A stretch of DNA of 64,000 bases, from the NCBI RefSeq assembly GCF_009914755.1, contig NC_060925.1. One strand, 5' to 3'. This document shows positions 27,159-39,525 of the stretch, piece by piece; positions within the stretch are counted from its first letter, which is position 1, and each line of letters starts with the position of its first letter. The translations under genes and the position numbers were made by a program. Below the pieces are notes generated by a model that was not told the DNA's origin, did not search any database, and was given only the letters and a program-made list of their open reading frames with translations. The DNA is from the human T2T-CHM13v2.0 reference genome, Homo sapiens.

Positions 27159-27211
27159 GTATCACCACTGTCTTGTTTTGTTTTCTGTTAAGAATACATG
27201 GGGGCCTTTGA
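27159..27211 (+). CDS. PAPPA2: Alternative C-terminal extension by read-through of the exon-5 donor (short isoform ending [17 protein letters not shown])
   Basis: The frame stays open into intron 5 to TGA at 27209-27211. AATAAA at 27530-27535 and A22 at 27640-27661. Agrees with my recollection of the annotated short PAPPA2 isoform 2. Confidence 0.7.
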
Positions 27212-28855
27212 GAGCTGGGAGGGTGGAGGTGTGGGAGCTGATGGGAGAATGATTAAGTGGTCATTTGTGTCGGAGAGTTGAAGTGTATTTATTATAAGGT
27301 ATTATTATTTTTTCATGTCTTTGAAGAACTTGAAGAAATACTGACATATTAAGGTACTTTGTTCACTGAATTCTCCTCTACCAGATATTTTAAAATATAC
27401 TTCTATCCTCGATAGTAAAAAAGGCACAGAGCCAAAAGCCCTCTTGTGATCCCCTTGACTTCTAGAATGTGGTTATTCTTATTTTTGCCCGCATTCTTAG
27501 ACATTTACTCTGAAGAAGAGTCCAATGGAAATAAAGGAAAAGAGTTTATGGGTCAAGGTGGCCCATTGTACTGTTTTTGAAGTTGGTCAACAAGGTGGCT
27601 TGGTTAATTTAGGCTCAGCATGTTTTACTGTATGTTACTAAAAAAAAAAAAAAAAAAAAAATCAGATTCTCTTTTTCCAGCACTAGTCAAGCACAAATTC
27701 TTAGCTGCCTACCACCCTTTCCCCACCAAAAGGTGACATCTAATTTTAAAAAAATGGCATCTTCCTGGCCCTCGGAAAAACTTGTCATCTGGTCTTTCTT
27801 GCCTTAATTCAGCTTCTGTATTATTCTTCGCTGTCTCTCACGCCTTCCTTGTTTCTTGTGAAAAGTAATAGTGACTGGTTTCCTATAATGGACTCAAAGT
27901 TATCCCTAAAATTAAAGACTTATTTGATGACCTAGTACAATGGTGAAAGAAGATATTTTTTCTATAAGTTTTGGGGGCTTGTTTGGTGACAGGTTCTTCT
28001 AGAACTATCCAAAAAAGAATAAACCACCACACCCTGGTCATGACTTTGAAGGGAGGAAAGCGTGATGAGCCGATTCTGTCTGTCATCTTTCAAGATGTGT
28101 CTATCTGAGTTTCATTGCGGTGAATAATTCAGGTGCATCAGATGTGTAAGCACCAGCACCTCTCCCCCATCAAGGGGCAGAAACACCAGACGATGCCATG
28201 CAGAGGGCAGAGCTCTGGAGGCAGCACCTTTGAAGCGGGAAGAGGAAACATTTAGGAAGCTGAGTGAGGCAGTATTTGACTGGTGTGCTTTCACTAGAAA
28301 AGTTCCTGGCACTAAGAAAACTCCCTTTCCAACCCTATGCAAAATGTACCTGCTAAAGAGACCTTGCCAGATTCAAAAGTGAGGCTGAGACCACCATTCC
28401 CAGCCCTGCTGTCTCATTGGCATTTGGCTCTCTTTCCCCTTGAGCAGCTCCACTGAATACTCACTAACCTCTGCCAACGTCACTGGGCAATAAAGCAGGT
28501 GTCTGAAACTCCACAAACGTTCACAAGTGAAAAGGCCATCTGTTGAAACACTGCCATCTTGTGGTTTGCTGAATAAGCAACCATCAGCTCAGAGCAACCT
28601 GAGCTGCCCAACTTTAAGGTCATGACCTTGCTTTAGATATGAAAGTGCTGCATCTCTGGTCTCTGTCTTCTCTTACCCTTTCCAGCTTAGACCCTTTCTG
28701 GAACAGATTGCATTTGTTCATTCATTCAACAAGTAAGTGCTCATTGAGCCTAATAAGTTAACTCAGCCATGAACAAGACACAAATTTATCCCTGCCTTGG
28801 TGGACTTGATGGGTTAAAATCTCCATCTCTTGTGCCACCTTTTTTGTCTCCACAG

Positions 28856-29048
28856 ATGATAACTGCACTGACAACTTCACTCCTAACCAAGTGGCCCGAA
28901 TGCATTGCTATTTGGACCTAGTCTATCAGCAGTGGACTGAAAGCAGAAAGCCCACCCCCATCCCCATTCCACCTATGGTCATCGGACAGACCAACAAGTC
29001 CCTCACTATCCACTGGCTGCCTCCTATTAGTGGAGTTGTATATGACAG
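28856..29048 (+). CDS. PAPPA2: PAPPA2 coding exon (exon 6 equivalent): end of protease domain and start of FN3-like module
   Basis: Acceptor tttttgtctccacag|AT, donor ACAG|gtgaga. 193 nt, phase 1-2; [27 protein letters not shown]...[16 protein letters not shown](R). Confidence 0.97.
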
Positions 29049-32000
29049 GTGAGAGAGGCACTGGCTGTGGGTGAGCTGGCTTATTTCTCTGTGGCATTTC
29101 ATATGAATGAGGGGAAGAATATGAATCCAGGGGAACTCCAATTTGGAAGTATAAATGTGTGCACCACTGCTCAGAGCTGCTGCTCCAGCCTGCTCTGTTC
29201 TCGTTGCTTTAGCAGAACTCATGGGCTCTCTTGTGAGCCAGTGGCTCATCTTAAGTGCTCACTCCCCCCTCAGGGAGGCCTGGAGAGCCTGACCGATGTG
29301 ACAGGGATAAATTGGCAGAACGGAGAGGGCATCTGCCATTTGTCTCTGTCAGCTGTTCCTCTGTGGCATGAGGGTGGAGTGGCAGCTTGCCACTTGCAGA
29401 GTGGTGTTGGGGGAGGGATTACAGCATGCTTCTCCAGGCACTTCTGGGTGTGGGTGGATGGTAGTGTGCCCACTGCCACAAGCTGTGCATCAGAGGGCTT
29501 CCCTGACTTACGTAGGTGCTTCTGACACCTTCTCAGCCTCCTGTGCCTCCCCCTCTTAAGGCCACTATCTTATGGAATTGTCATCCTCTGCTTATTTTCC
29601 TACCTGCCCCACTTGACTGGCAACTACTGGGGGAGGCAGGATGATTTTTTGTCTCTTTGTCTCTTGCCCTGCCACAACAGACACCTAATGTGTGTTTGCT
29701 GAAGAAAAGCATTACACCTAAAACTAACTTTCATTTGTCCTTTGCATATTGGTTTGAAAGAATAACAGATAAATTTTTGTAGAAAGGAGAGAAAGGTAGG
29801 AAAATGAATGACATCTGATAATTGGTGAGGGATGGGAGAATGTGGTTTCACTGAGAAGGACCAGAACCCCTTCTGTGACCTGTGCAGACTGACCTCTTTC
29901 AAAACCTACTGCTGTATTCTGAATGACGACAGTCCCTGATCTATTTGTGGCACTATATGTGAAGTGTTGTGCTAGGTATTTTACTTGCACTTGTCTTATT
30001 TAGTCTTTGCAGTAAACGCAGTTCCTGCTAAATAAGTGAGAATTCTGAGGCGTAGAGAAACATACAATGGCAAACCCAAGACCCCACAACTGATTGGAGG
30101 TGAACTCGGGAGTCCAGTGGAAATTCGGGAATAAGGAACATAGAATGGATGCTTTCTTTTAATTTAGAGCATTCTTATTTAGCACATCTCTTCTTTGCAC
30201 CACACTTTCCCTCTGGGTGTCAGGCCTCAGCTAAAGAGAAGGGTGTCGCTGGAGCAAGTTTCCGTGCCCTTCAGCTTTGCTGAAAGCCTAGGGAGAGAGG
30301 CAAGAGAGAGACAGGGATAGGAGGAAGCTGGTGAATCCTCTTTCACAGTGGTATTTCAGCCTCTTGGGATTTTGATACCTGTCCCTGATACCTTGATACA
30401 TACTTAGTGTGTGACACCACTTAGACCTCACAACCCTACAAAGTAGTTTCATGGTCATCAGCGCCCAAACCCTTTTGGGCTCTGTTTGTGAGTCAGCACA
30501 CATCTGTGTGATGTGTGTGAGAATCATCTTCCTGCAAGTGTGACCTTGTGCAGCTTTGGTCGAACTGCCTGAACAGCAAGTCCTCTGTGGGTGTGTGCAA
30601 ACCAGAGTTTTACATCCGTTTATGTAACACATGTAAACAATTTAATCTTTGAATTCTCTCTCTGGTACAAACGTTACGATAAAGCAGACATCAGTACGGG
30701 CGTGCTGAGAGTCTGTTGGCAGAAAAACCTGCAGTTTGCTTCCTTTTCTCAGCTAGGTGGACTGCAGTTTTGAGACCTCCCAACATGTGTGTCAGGGGGA
30801 CTCACGTCACATGGCCAGCAATTTGTGTCATGCTTGGAGTTGTGTTTACTCCACCCCAGCAGGTATTTGGAACCCTTATGTCAGAGAAGAGCCCCAGCTA
30901 CGCACTTAGCAGCAGCCACGGAAGGGCCAAGTGCATCAGAGGAATGAGCTTTGGAGTTTTGTTCATGTTAGAAGTGAGTGCTGATTGGAGTCAGAGGTTG
31001 GATCTTAACTACACCTTTTAGTTTCCAAAGTACTGGACGCTCAATGGTGTTTGGGAACTTGCTCAAAGGAATTAAGGAACTTGTTGTGACCTTAGGCAAT
31101 TTACTTAACCTCTCTGAGCCTGAGTTTTCTCATTTGTAAACATAAGGTTATTACAGGAATTAGAAATCATTTATGAAAAGCACGACACAGCGGCACAATG
31201 CCAGTTATGTGAGGTACTTCAGAAATGGGAGCAGCTGTCATAATCACTACCTTTATTTTATAATACTATTTTTCTGGCATATTACAAGATGTTATTGAGA
31301 CCCTGACTTGATGCCTCCGTTTTCAGATGCGTCATTCACAAGTGGGCTTCTAAAAAGATTCTAAGCATCAGAGGCAAGCCCCTTGAAGTGACTTACCATT
31401 ATTATGTAGCTATTATTGTGTCTACCTCTTCCAGTTACCTCAGTTATAGTACTTGTAGAACTTTCATAAACTGTATTAATCACGTCATGGATATCCATAA
31501 AACAAGCATTCACAGAGGGACTGCTGGGTCCAATCCTGTTGGAAATATAAATCAGAATAGAGCTTGGTCTGGACTGGCTCACAGGCAAAAGAGAGGAAAG
31601 AATGTGAATGGAAATTCTCAACACCGCATAGCAGAGCCCTAAGAGAGGATCCAGCAGGTGCAGTGGGTGCACAGAGAAGGGAGTACTGGTCACTCAGAGG
31701 AGAGAGGCTAAGTGCTACTGCAGAGTTTACATTTGAATGGTTCTTGATGGGTAAGTAGGAGTTTGCTAAACAGAGAAGCTTGGAAAGGCTGTTTGGCAGC
31801 AGAGAGAACAGCTCAAAGGCATGATGTATTTGTGGAATGGTGATCTGTTCATTGCGCTGGAAATATAAATCTCAGAAAGGAACTGCAGTAGGTGAGGCTG
31901 GAGCTAGCTTGTGAAGGGCCTTGAGACGTGATAAATAATTTGGATATATCTCCAAGGGCAATGGTGAGCCAAGAGACATTACATTTCACCTGACTTTTAT

Positions 32001-32467
32001 TTTATGTAAGTGATTTAAAGTAGGGAGCTTAAAACATAAGGACACATATGGCTAATAAGTTTATGTGGGAAATTATTGCCTGTTTTAGTGGGGAAATTCA
32101 AGGAGCCTTTGAATGACTTGAGAGTCAATGTAGAAGGGAGTTTTATGTTGAAAGATTCAGATTTTAATTGTTTGTTGTTTACTGTTCCTAGGACAGAAAA
32201 TGCCCACTTTCATCTCCACAGGCCTCTTTTATGACTTAGTTAATTTTTTCTGCTTCATGATCTTGAAATTTTCATGTCACTGAATTTTGCAAAGATGAGG
32301 TCCACACAAGAAAAAACGATTGAGATACAGTTGTTCTTAGTTACTCTCTAGGTCCTTACTAACCATCAACCCCTGCCCTCCCCACACAAAGGTCTTTCTA
32401 ATTTTCTTATCCCAACTCATCTGATGGACTCTCCTAATCTCCCATCTCCATCCCTTTATCTCCCCAG

Positions 32468-32589
32468 GGCCTCAGGCAGCTTGTGTGGCGCTTGCACTGA
32501 AGATGGGACCTTTCGTCAGTATGTGCACACAGCTTCCTCCCGGCGGGTGTGTGACTCCTCAGGTTATTGGACCCCAGAGGAGGCTGTGG
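32468..32589 (+). CDS. PAPPA2: PAPPA2 coding exon (exon 7 equivalent)
   Basis: Acceptor tctccccag|G, donor GTGG|gtaaag. 122 nt, phase 2-1; [40 protein letters not shown](G). Confidence 0.97.
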
Positions 32590-32978
32590 GTAAAGTACCA
32601 TGACATTTTTTCTTTATACCCTGGTGACCACTGAGGATGGGGGTGGAGGTAAAGAGTGGAGTAGTGACATGGTGACAAAAAGGCAATGTATGTGTATGTG
32701 TGTGTGTGTGTGTGTGTTTTGCTGGATATCTTTTGGAGCTGCCTGGTGCCGCTGTGTGCAGAATGTTCCATATGTGCCTAACATGGAGGCCCCATGGCTG
32801 TGGTAAAGCAGAGACCAGCATATAGGACAGAAGGATGGAGAAGTCAGCTGAACTCAGGGTGTGACTTCAGGGTGAGATAGCTGGGAGGTGTAGTGTTACG
32901 TGTGCCTACTGGTCCTTGGAGTAGCCGTGCCATGTGACAGTGTAAGCTGACCTCTTACTCCTCTGCATCAGGAAACAC

Positions 32979-33087
32979 ACCGCAGAGAACACTCATGCAA
33001 TGGCTGAGCAAGTCTGGGTGGGGGTGGGGGGACCGCAGAGAAAACTCATGTACTGGCTGAGCAAGTCTGGGTGGGGGTGGGGAGACC
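32979..33087. repeat. 53-bp tandem duplication with G-runs
   Basis: 32979-33031 versus 33032-33084, 4 mismatches, ACC junction microhomology. Confidence 0.9.
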
Positions 33088-34739
33088 AGGTGTTCCACAC
33101 TGACTGTTCTCGTCTATGCTATTTTATGAGTCTATTAATCACTGGTACTGGTTGTGCTTTGGATATGATCTGAGCTAGGCTCCAGGAAGGGGAAAATATT
33201 TTTTGTTATCTTTTTTTCTGTACCTCCCCTAACTTTTCAAACAGTCACACATTCACTCACATATGTATATTAATGCGCCTAAGACAAATTAAAGCATGAA
33301 TCTTTTTCCAGTTCAAGTCAGAAAATACTGTTGACAGGATTTTAGCACCTCCTGATGAATGGCTTGACTTCTTCCATCATCATCATCTTTAATGTTTACC
33401 TAATTATCATCTTTTTTCTTTGCCTTTAAAATATTTATTAAGACACTAGAAACAATTAAATAAGATGTGTTGGCCAAAGCCCTATTTGAATTAATCTGCA
33501 GTCTTGATTGTGACACGAAAAAAAAGGAGAATATTGGTCTGAGAGTCTGCAGTATCTGCAAGATATCATCCTGGGCTCCCAGTCACTCAAGTGACAGGGC
33601 TTCAGGGATAAATCTGGAAGGAGACAATTTACTTGATTGATTGTATATGACTTTTTTCAAGTGAGAATTTTCAGGGAAGAATGGAAAGTGAGTATAAAAT
33701 TTACTGCATTGGACTCTAAACAGAGATTTGCATTTCATAAAGGGCCATTTTGTGTGTGTGTGGCAGTCTGTCCTGTGCTGGTGTTTTAATGCCTGTTTGA
33801 TTCCCTGACCTGGTATTTTTTTCCTTTTTATTTCTAGGGGGAAAAATCAGTTATCTGAGAGAGGTAAAAGGAATTAGAAGTTCTACGTTCTAATTCTTGT
33901 ATTGTGTCTTAAGGCAAACCAAATCAACTTTTAGGGCTTCCATTTCATGCTTTAACATGAAGTCATAATAAAAACTTTTTGACTGGCAGTGCTGATGTTA
34001 GGTTGATTTCCAAGGACCTTTATGCTGCTAGTATTGGGGGCTTAATAATAATTATCAGACAAAATGAGAAGTTTTTGGGACTGTTAACATTGGACTTCAC
34101 AAGCATTAATTTATAAATCATTAATGAACTAAGTATATATGATTAATAAGAAATACTAGTCTTTGCTTTGAAAAGGTGAAGAACCAGGTCATATTTAAAA
34201 TATACACTATAAGAGTAATCTCTAACAGAGCAGGCACAAACACATGTATTTATAAATAGGTCTAATGAACACTGCTTAACCACCAACTATTTTCTAAATG
34301 CTATGGGGATTAGAAAACTAAAACAGACATATTCCCTGCTTAAACATCATCTTCATGGTGAGAATTTTCTGGCTTCATAACCTAAAATAGCTCCCAGCCT
34401 CACCTCATAATCCTGTATTCCCTTATGTTCCTCCACTTGTCTTCACAGATATCATTACTACTTAATATTATACTTTATATTCTTTTATGTATTTATTGTT
34501 ACATCTATCACTTTACTGTAACATATAGAAAGGCAAGACTTTGTCTCTCTTGTTCACTCCTCTATCTCTAATACCTAGATTAGTTCTTGGTGTAAAAGAA
34601 CTACACTACCAATTTTTGTTGAATTAATGAATCAACTCATAATAAATGAATCAACACACAATATAGGCAAAAAACAATAAAAACCATAAGATGTAACACA
34701 CCACACACACACAGTTGCACACACATATTTTTGAAATTA

Positions 34740-35311
34740 ATAATATGTGTTTCTATTTCCTGCCTGCAGTTTTTCCCTGCAGCTACCTCCCTACTCACAC
34801 ATACCTGCACTGAAAGGGAAATTGCAATGTTTGAACTGGTTTTCTCTGGGCTTTGGGACATAATTTATTTTCCAAATTTTGAAGGGCTAAATACTTCTAC
34901 TTTGGTAAATGTAGGTATTTAATTTCTCTAGAACATTGTATAGATCTACACTGCCCTAGTAAGGCGGGGCTAAACATTATCACTTATTTTGTAAAAGAGG
35001 AAACTGAGGCATAGAAAGATGTGCCACAGCCACTCAGCTAAGGACACAGGAGGGCTGACTCTGCTAGTTCTCGATTCAACACTCTCTCTTCAACTCCCAT
35101 CACACGACAGAAAAGAAAACCATTTGGGTAGATTACTTCCATGGAGCTGACTTTCATAGATTCGTGATATTTGATTTTTTATCATTACATTTTTATTTGG
35201 CTACTGAATCTTCATTTTTTTTCCCACTCCATAATATGTGTTTATATTTCCTGCCTGCAGTTACCTACCTGCTTACACATACCTGAACTGAAAGGGAAAT
35301 TTCAATGTATG
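34740..35311 (+). repeat. Dispersed direct repeat pair (34740-34832 and 35231-35311)
   Basis: ataatatgtgttt.tatttcctgcctgcag...acacatacctg.actgaaagggaaatt.caatgt is present twice, 491 bp apart. Confidence 0.85.
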
Positions 35312-35809
35312 GTTTTAAAGTTCGTCTAACCATCAGTTGAAAGGATTGCCAGGGTGGGATCTTAGGGAATGAAAGAAGTTTTGTGAAAAGCCCTACAAAG
35401 ATTGCAGTGACAGAGTGAAATCACTGGTCTTCAGAAGCATTAATTTATCATAAGTTATGAATGGACTAATCACATGTAATTCTCTGCTCAAGGATTGTTT
35501 AAGGACATGACTTCTCTGCATCAGCCTCATGTTTCCACCTAGGATCTGGGTTGCTCCCTTCCCAATTCCTGGTGGGTTTCCTCTTGCTAAGGGCACCATG
35601 TACAGGGATGGGGTAACAAGAGTGTAATGCTTTTTACTTTTACACCTTTGTTCTTACTAGTACTTAAGATCTAACCTGCTAAGATGACCAACTTCTACAG
35701 GAATTCTAAAAGTTCTCTCCATAGTTCCTCTTTCTGGCTGCTAAGGGCTACTCATTTTCTGACTTTTAATGGCTGCTACTGATGTATCTTTCTGCTAATC
35801 TCCCCCCAG

Positions 35810-36299
35810 GGCCTCCTGATGTGGATCAGCCCTGCGAGCCAAGCTTACAGGCCTGGAGCCCTGAGGTCCACCTGTACCACATGAACATGACGGTCCCCTG
35901 CCCCACAGAAGGCTGTAGCTTGGAGCTGCTCTTCCAACACCCGGTCCAAGCCGACACCCTCACCCTGTGGGTCACTTCCTTCTTCATGGAGTCCTCGCAG
36001 GTCCTCTTTGACACAGAGATCTTGCTGGAAAACAAGGAGTCAGTGCACCTGGGCCCCTTAGACACTTTCTGTGACATCCCACTCACCATCAAACTGCACG
36101 TGGATGGGAAGGTGTCGGGGGTGAAAGTCTACACCTTTGATGAGAGGATAGAGATTGATGCAGCACTCCTGACTTCTCAGCCCCACAGTCCCTTGTGCTC
36201 TGGCTGCAGGCCTGTGAGGTACCAGGTTCTCCGCGATCCCCCATTTGCCAGTGGTTTGCCCGTGGTGGTGACACATTCTCACAGGAAGTTCACGGACGT
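35810..36299 (+). CDS. PAPPA2: PAPPA2 coding exon (exon 8 equivalent)
   Basis: Acceptor ctaatctccccccag|GG, donor ACGT|gtgagt. 490 nt, phase 1-2; lies within ORF 35782..36303 ([18 protein letters not shown]...HSHRKFTDV). Confidence 0.98.
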
Positions 36300-37082
36300 G
36301 TGAGTTTGGTAGCATGACTATGGGGCTTCCTGAGGCTCTGGGGGTGGGTTTTGTTACTTTTCCCCCACTTTTTAATATTCAGCCATGCCCTTAGTCGGAG
36401 GAATGTTTAGACTTTCAGAGGGGATTTTACCGTAAAGTGGCATATCTGAGGTAAAGAAAAGCACTTCCCAGAAAGGGGCAAGCAGGTGTCTGATTGCTGA
36501 TGCCATCATCATGATTATGGACAAAAGGTTAGTGTATGAGATGTTTCAGTTGAACTGAACATAATTGCTACAAATAAGTTGATCAGAATCAGATACTCCT
36601 GTCTGGTGACAATTTAATTTCTGATTCTTTGCTTTAGCTGTCTGATCATCTGCCACAGACCCCATAACATTTATAAGGTATAGTCAATTCTTCTATTGCT
36701 ATGCAAGGAGGCCGAGGGCCTGGCAGACCAGACGATACACTCAGTTCCATGACTCATTCATGATATGAGTTTCATTCTTTCCCCTTCTCTCATTTTCCCC
36801 CCTCACACCCCAATAACCAACTCTCTTTTATCTTTCTCTTCCAGCTCTCCTCTTCCTGTTAGTTCTGTCTTTTCTTCCTACATTTAGTGAGTTCTACTAT
36901 GTTCCTGGCACTGCATGTTCAGTGCTGGGGGCACAGACTAAGATGAGGTCCTTACTTACAAAGAATTCAATATCTGGAGCAGGAGGCTGGTACTCCAAAG
37001 GCAAATTCTCTTGACCTCATAACCTTCTTTGGAGACTGCCCTGAGGGCAGAACTAGGGCAAAACAAAGTTTTATCAGAGATA

Positions 37083-37543
37083 CTGTCAGTTAGTTTTTGC
37101 TGCATTAGAAATCATCACAAAAGGTAGTGGGTTAAAACAACAAACATTATTTCTCATGATTCTATAGGTAGGTTGGGTGCTCTCATCTAGACTTACTTGG
37201 CTAGCACCAGATGGCCCGGGATGACTTCCCACACAGCTGAGACAGCTGGCATGGCTGGGGAGATGAGGGCCTCTTTCCTCATGGTCTCTCAAGGCCTGGC
37301 CTGGGCTTTTCATGGTAGTGGAAGGGTTTCCAGCAGCAGAGAGGGCAAGCCCCAAATGCTTACACTTTTCAAATCTTTGCTTTATGTTATTCATGATAAT
37401 GTTCCACTAGCCAAAGCAAGTCACACAGCAATTTTAGACTCAATGGGTGGCGAAATAAACCCTCCCTTTTGATGAAAGAGGCAGCAAAGTCACATGATAG
37501 AGGGGAACATTGGGGACAGGGTAGTCATTTGGCAGTCTACCAT
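37083..37543 (-). mobile_element. MaLR solo LTR (MLT1F/G/H-like)
   Basis: tgtcagttagtttttgctgc...agtgggttaaaacaac...gccaaagcaagtcac...gcagtctaccata. Confidence 0.8.
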
Positions 37544-37747
37544 AGCTACAGAAAAAGTAGAGAAAAATGTCCACCTTGAGCTTCATTACATTTTTCTTCC
37601 CATATTTGCTCTGTCAATTAGAACTAGAAGATAGTGAAATGACCAAAAAGCTAATGCAAATGCAAAGGTAGCTTTAAAAAGAAAAAAGATGTCATTTTGA
37701 ACTTCTTAAATAAGGCAGTTAAGATGACATTTGTTATCTAATTTGCT

Positions 37748-37754
37748 ACACACA

Positions 37755-37794
<40 letters not shown>
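37748..37794. repeat. (CA)n microsatellite
   Basis: Read directly; one interruption. Confidence 0.95.
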
Positions 37795-37797
<3 letters not shown>

Positions 37798-39322
37798 TTA
37801 AGGCCAATAATATCTCATTTTGTAGATGAAAAATCTGAGGCTTAACTTTGATTTGGTTCAATAGCTAGTAAATAGCAAAATCGGAATTAAAATCCAATTT
37901 TTCAACTGGATCTCATTTTGGTCCTCTTGCTTCAGTTAACACTCTGCCTTTTACAAACTCAGATCCTGGAGGGCTTGGGCTACCTGCCGCTGAGTTTTTC
38001 CTCAAGAAAAGTAAACACATGCTGATGTTTCCATCCAGTCCTTTCCCCAGCCACAGAAAAGTGTGAAGCTTTTATGCATGGCTGGACAAGCAGTCTGACA
38101 GAAACCGCCTTGTAAAGGGAAACTGTCAGCATTGATTAGGATATAAAATTGGTTTTACTTTAGAAATATCTGGCATTCTCATGAGAGGTTTGCTTCTCTG
38201 GGGGATGTGGGGGTAACTAATTTGGAAATTTAAAAGACTTTAATATCTAGGTTTCTTTTCTATTAAAATACTTAAAAGCCAGCACAGAGGTTTTTAAAGA
38301 TGTTTTTGAAACCCTGAGACATTTCCTGGTTGCTGGTTGCTGCATCAGCTGAGGGAGTGGAGGCTTTGTGGGTGAGTTGAAAAGTCTGTTAAAGAAGAGA
38401 GAACCATGGCAGAATACTGATGGCAGCCACTCACAGTAGTCCCAGCAACCCTTTGAGATCCTGTTTCACTAAGTAACTCCCATCCTAGCTTGACTTTGGT
38501 GGTAGTTTTCCAATTAGGGCAGGCACTGGGCAAAATTAAGATGAAGGCAGATTTTGTCTTTGGGACCAGAAGCTCTCCTTCTTGAGCCCTTTTCCTCTTC
38601 TCAGTGTCTTGCCTTTCACCCTCACCACACAATCAGTGCACCCAGGATCTAGAGAGAGTCTGACAAGCTCCTTTCATCTCTAGGGTCAACTGATACAACT
38701 CCATTCCTGATACCTACACACTTTAATAGATTTGGAGGTGGGGAGTTGTTTAATGCATTTCTAATTGTGGAACTTCTTGCTTCCCCCAAATTGTGACAAA
38801 AGTTGTTCCTACCTGCTGTTATGAGACAGTTGATCTTACTCCTAAGGATTCAGTCTTCTCAAGACAGGAATTCTCTTGAGAGAAAACTATGATCGCAGAC
38901 CCAAGAAGGGGGACTTCCTGAGCCCAAACTCTGAAGCTTTCATCTCCAGTTTCTTTGATTACTTTGATGATACAGAAGACTGGCTTTTAAATAGTTTTGT
39001 TTTGTTTTAACATGGTAAAAATGCACTTGAAATACCATCTTCCTAGATTAACTGGGACTGTTAGGTTCAGTGTTAACGCAGCAAGCATTTACTGCGCATT
39101 TACTCTGTGCAACGCACAGGGGATACAGAAATAAATATGGTTTCAAACCTTCTGGTGCTCGGGAAGACTGTGCCCTGATCTTTGTTTTAGACAATGCAGC
39201 ATATGTTTAACCTTTATGTTTCCCATAATATTTCCCTTCAACTTCTGTGAACCATCAACAAAGGACCCAGGGCATGCCTCACTTTGTGGCTGTAGTGGTC
39301 ACAAACCCTTTGGTTTCCACAG

Positions 39323-39451
39323 GGAGGTCACACCTGGACAGATGTATCAGTACCAAGTTCTAGCTGAAGCTGGAGGAGAACTGGGAGAAGCTTCGCCTCC
39401 TCTGAACCACATTCATGGAGCTCCTTATTGTGGAGATGGGAAGGTGTCAGA
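39323..39451 (+). CDS. PAPPA2: PAPPA2 coding exon (exon 9 equivalent)
   Basis: Acceptor tttccacag|G, donor CAGA|gtgagt. 129 nt, phase 2-2; [42 protein letters not shown](E). Confidence 0.97.
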
Positions 39452-39457
39452 GTGAGT

Positions 39458-39461
<4 letters not shown>

Positions 39462-39511
<50 letters not shown>

Positions 39512-39525
39512 GGAGGGAGAGAGAG
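39462..39525. repeat. (TG)16(AG)n microsatellite starting 10 nt into intron 9
   Basis: Read directly from the sequence. Confidence 0.95.

Noticed and set aside
36298-39455. In-frame stops at the exon-8 and exon-9 donors (GTG TGA, GAG TGA) as alternative C-termini
   Set aside because: An automatic consequence of the gtgagt donor consensus after a phase-2 exon; no supporting evidence of use.
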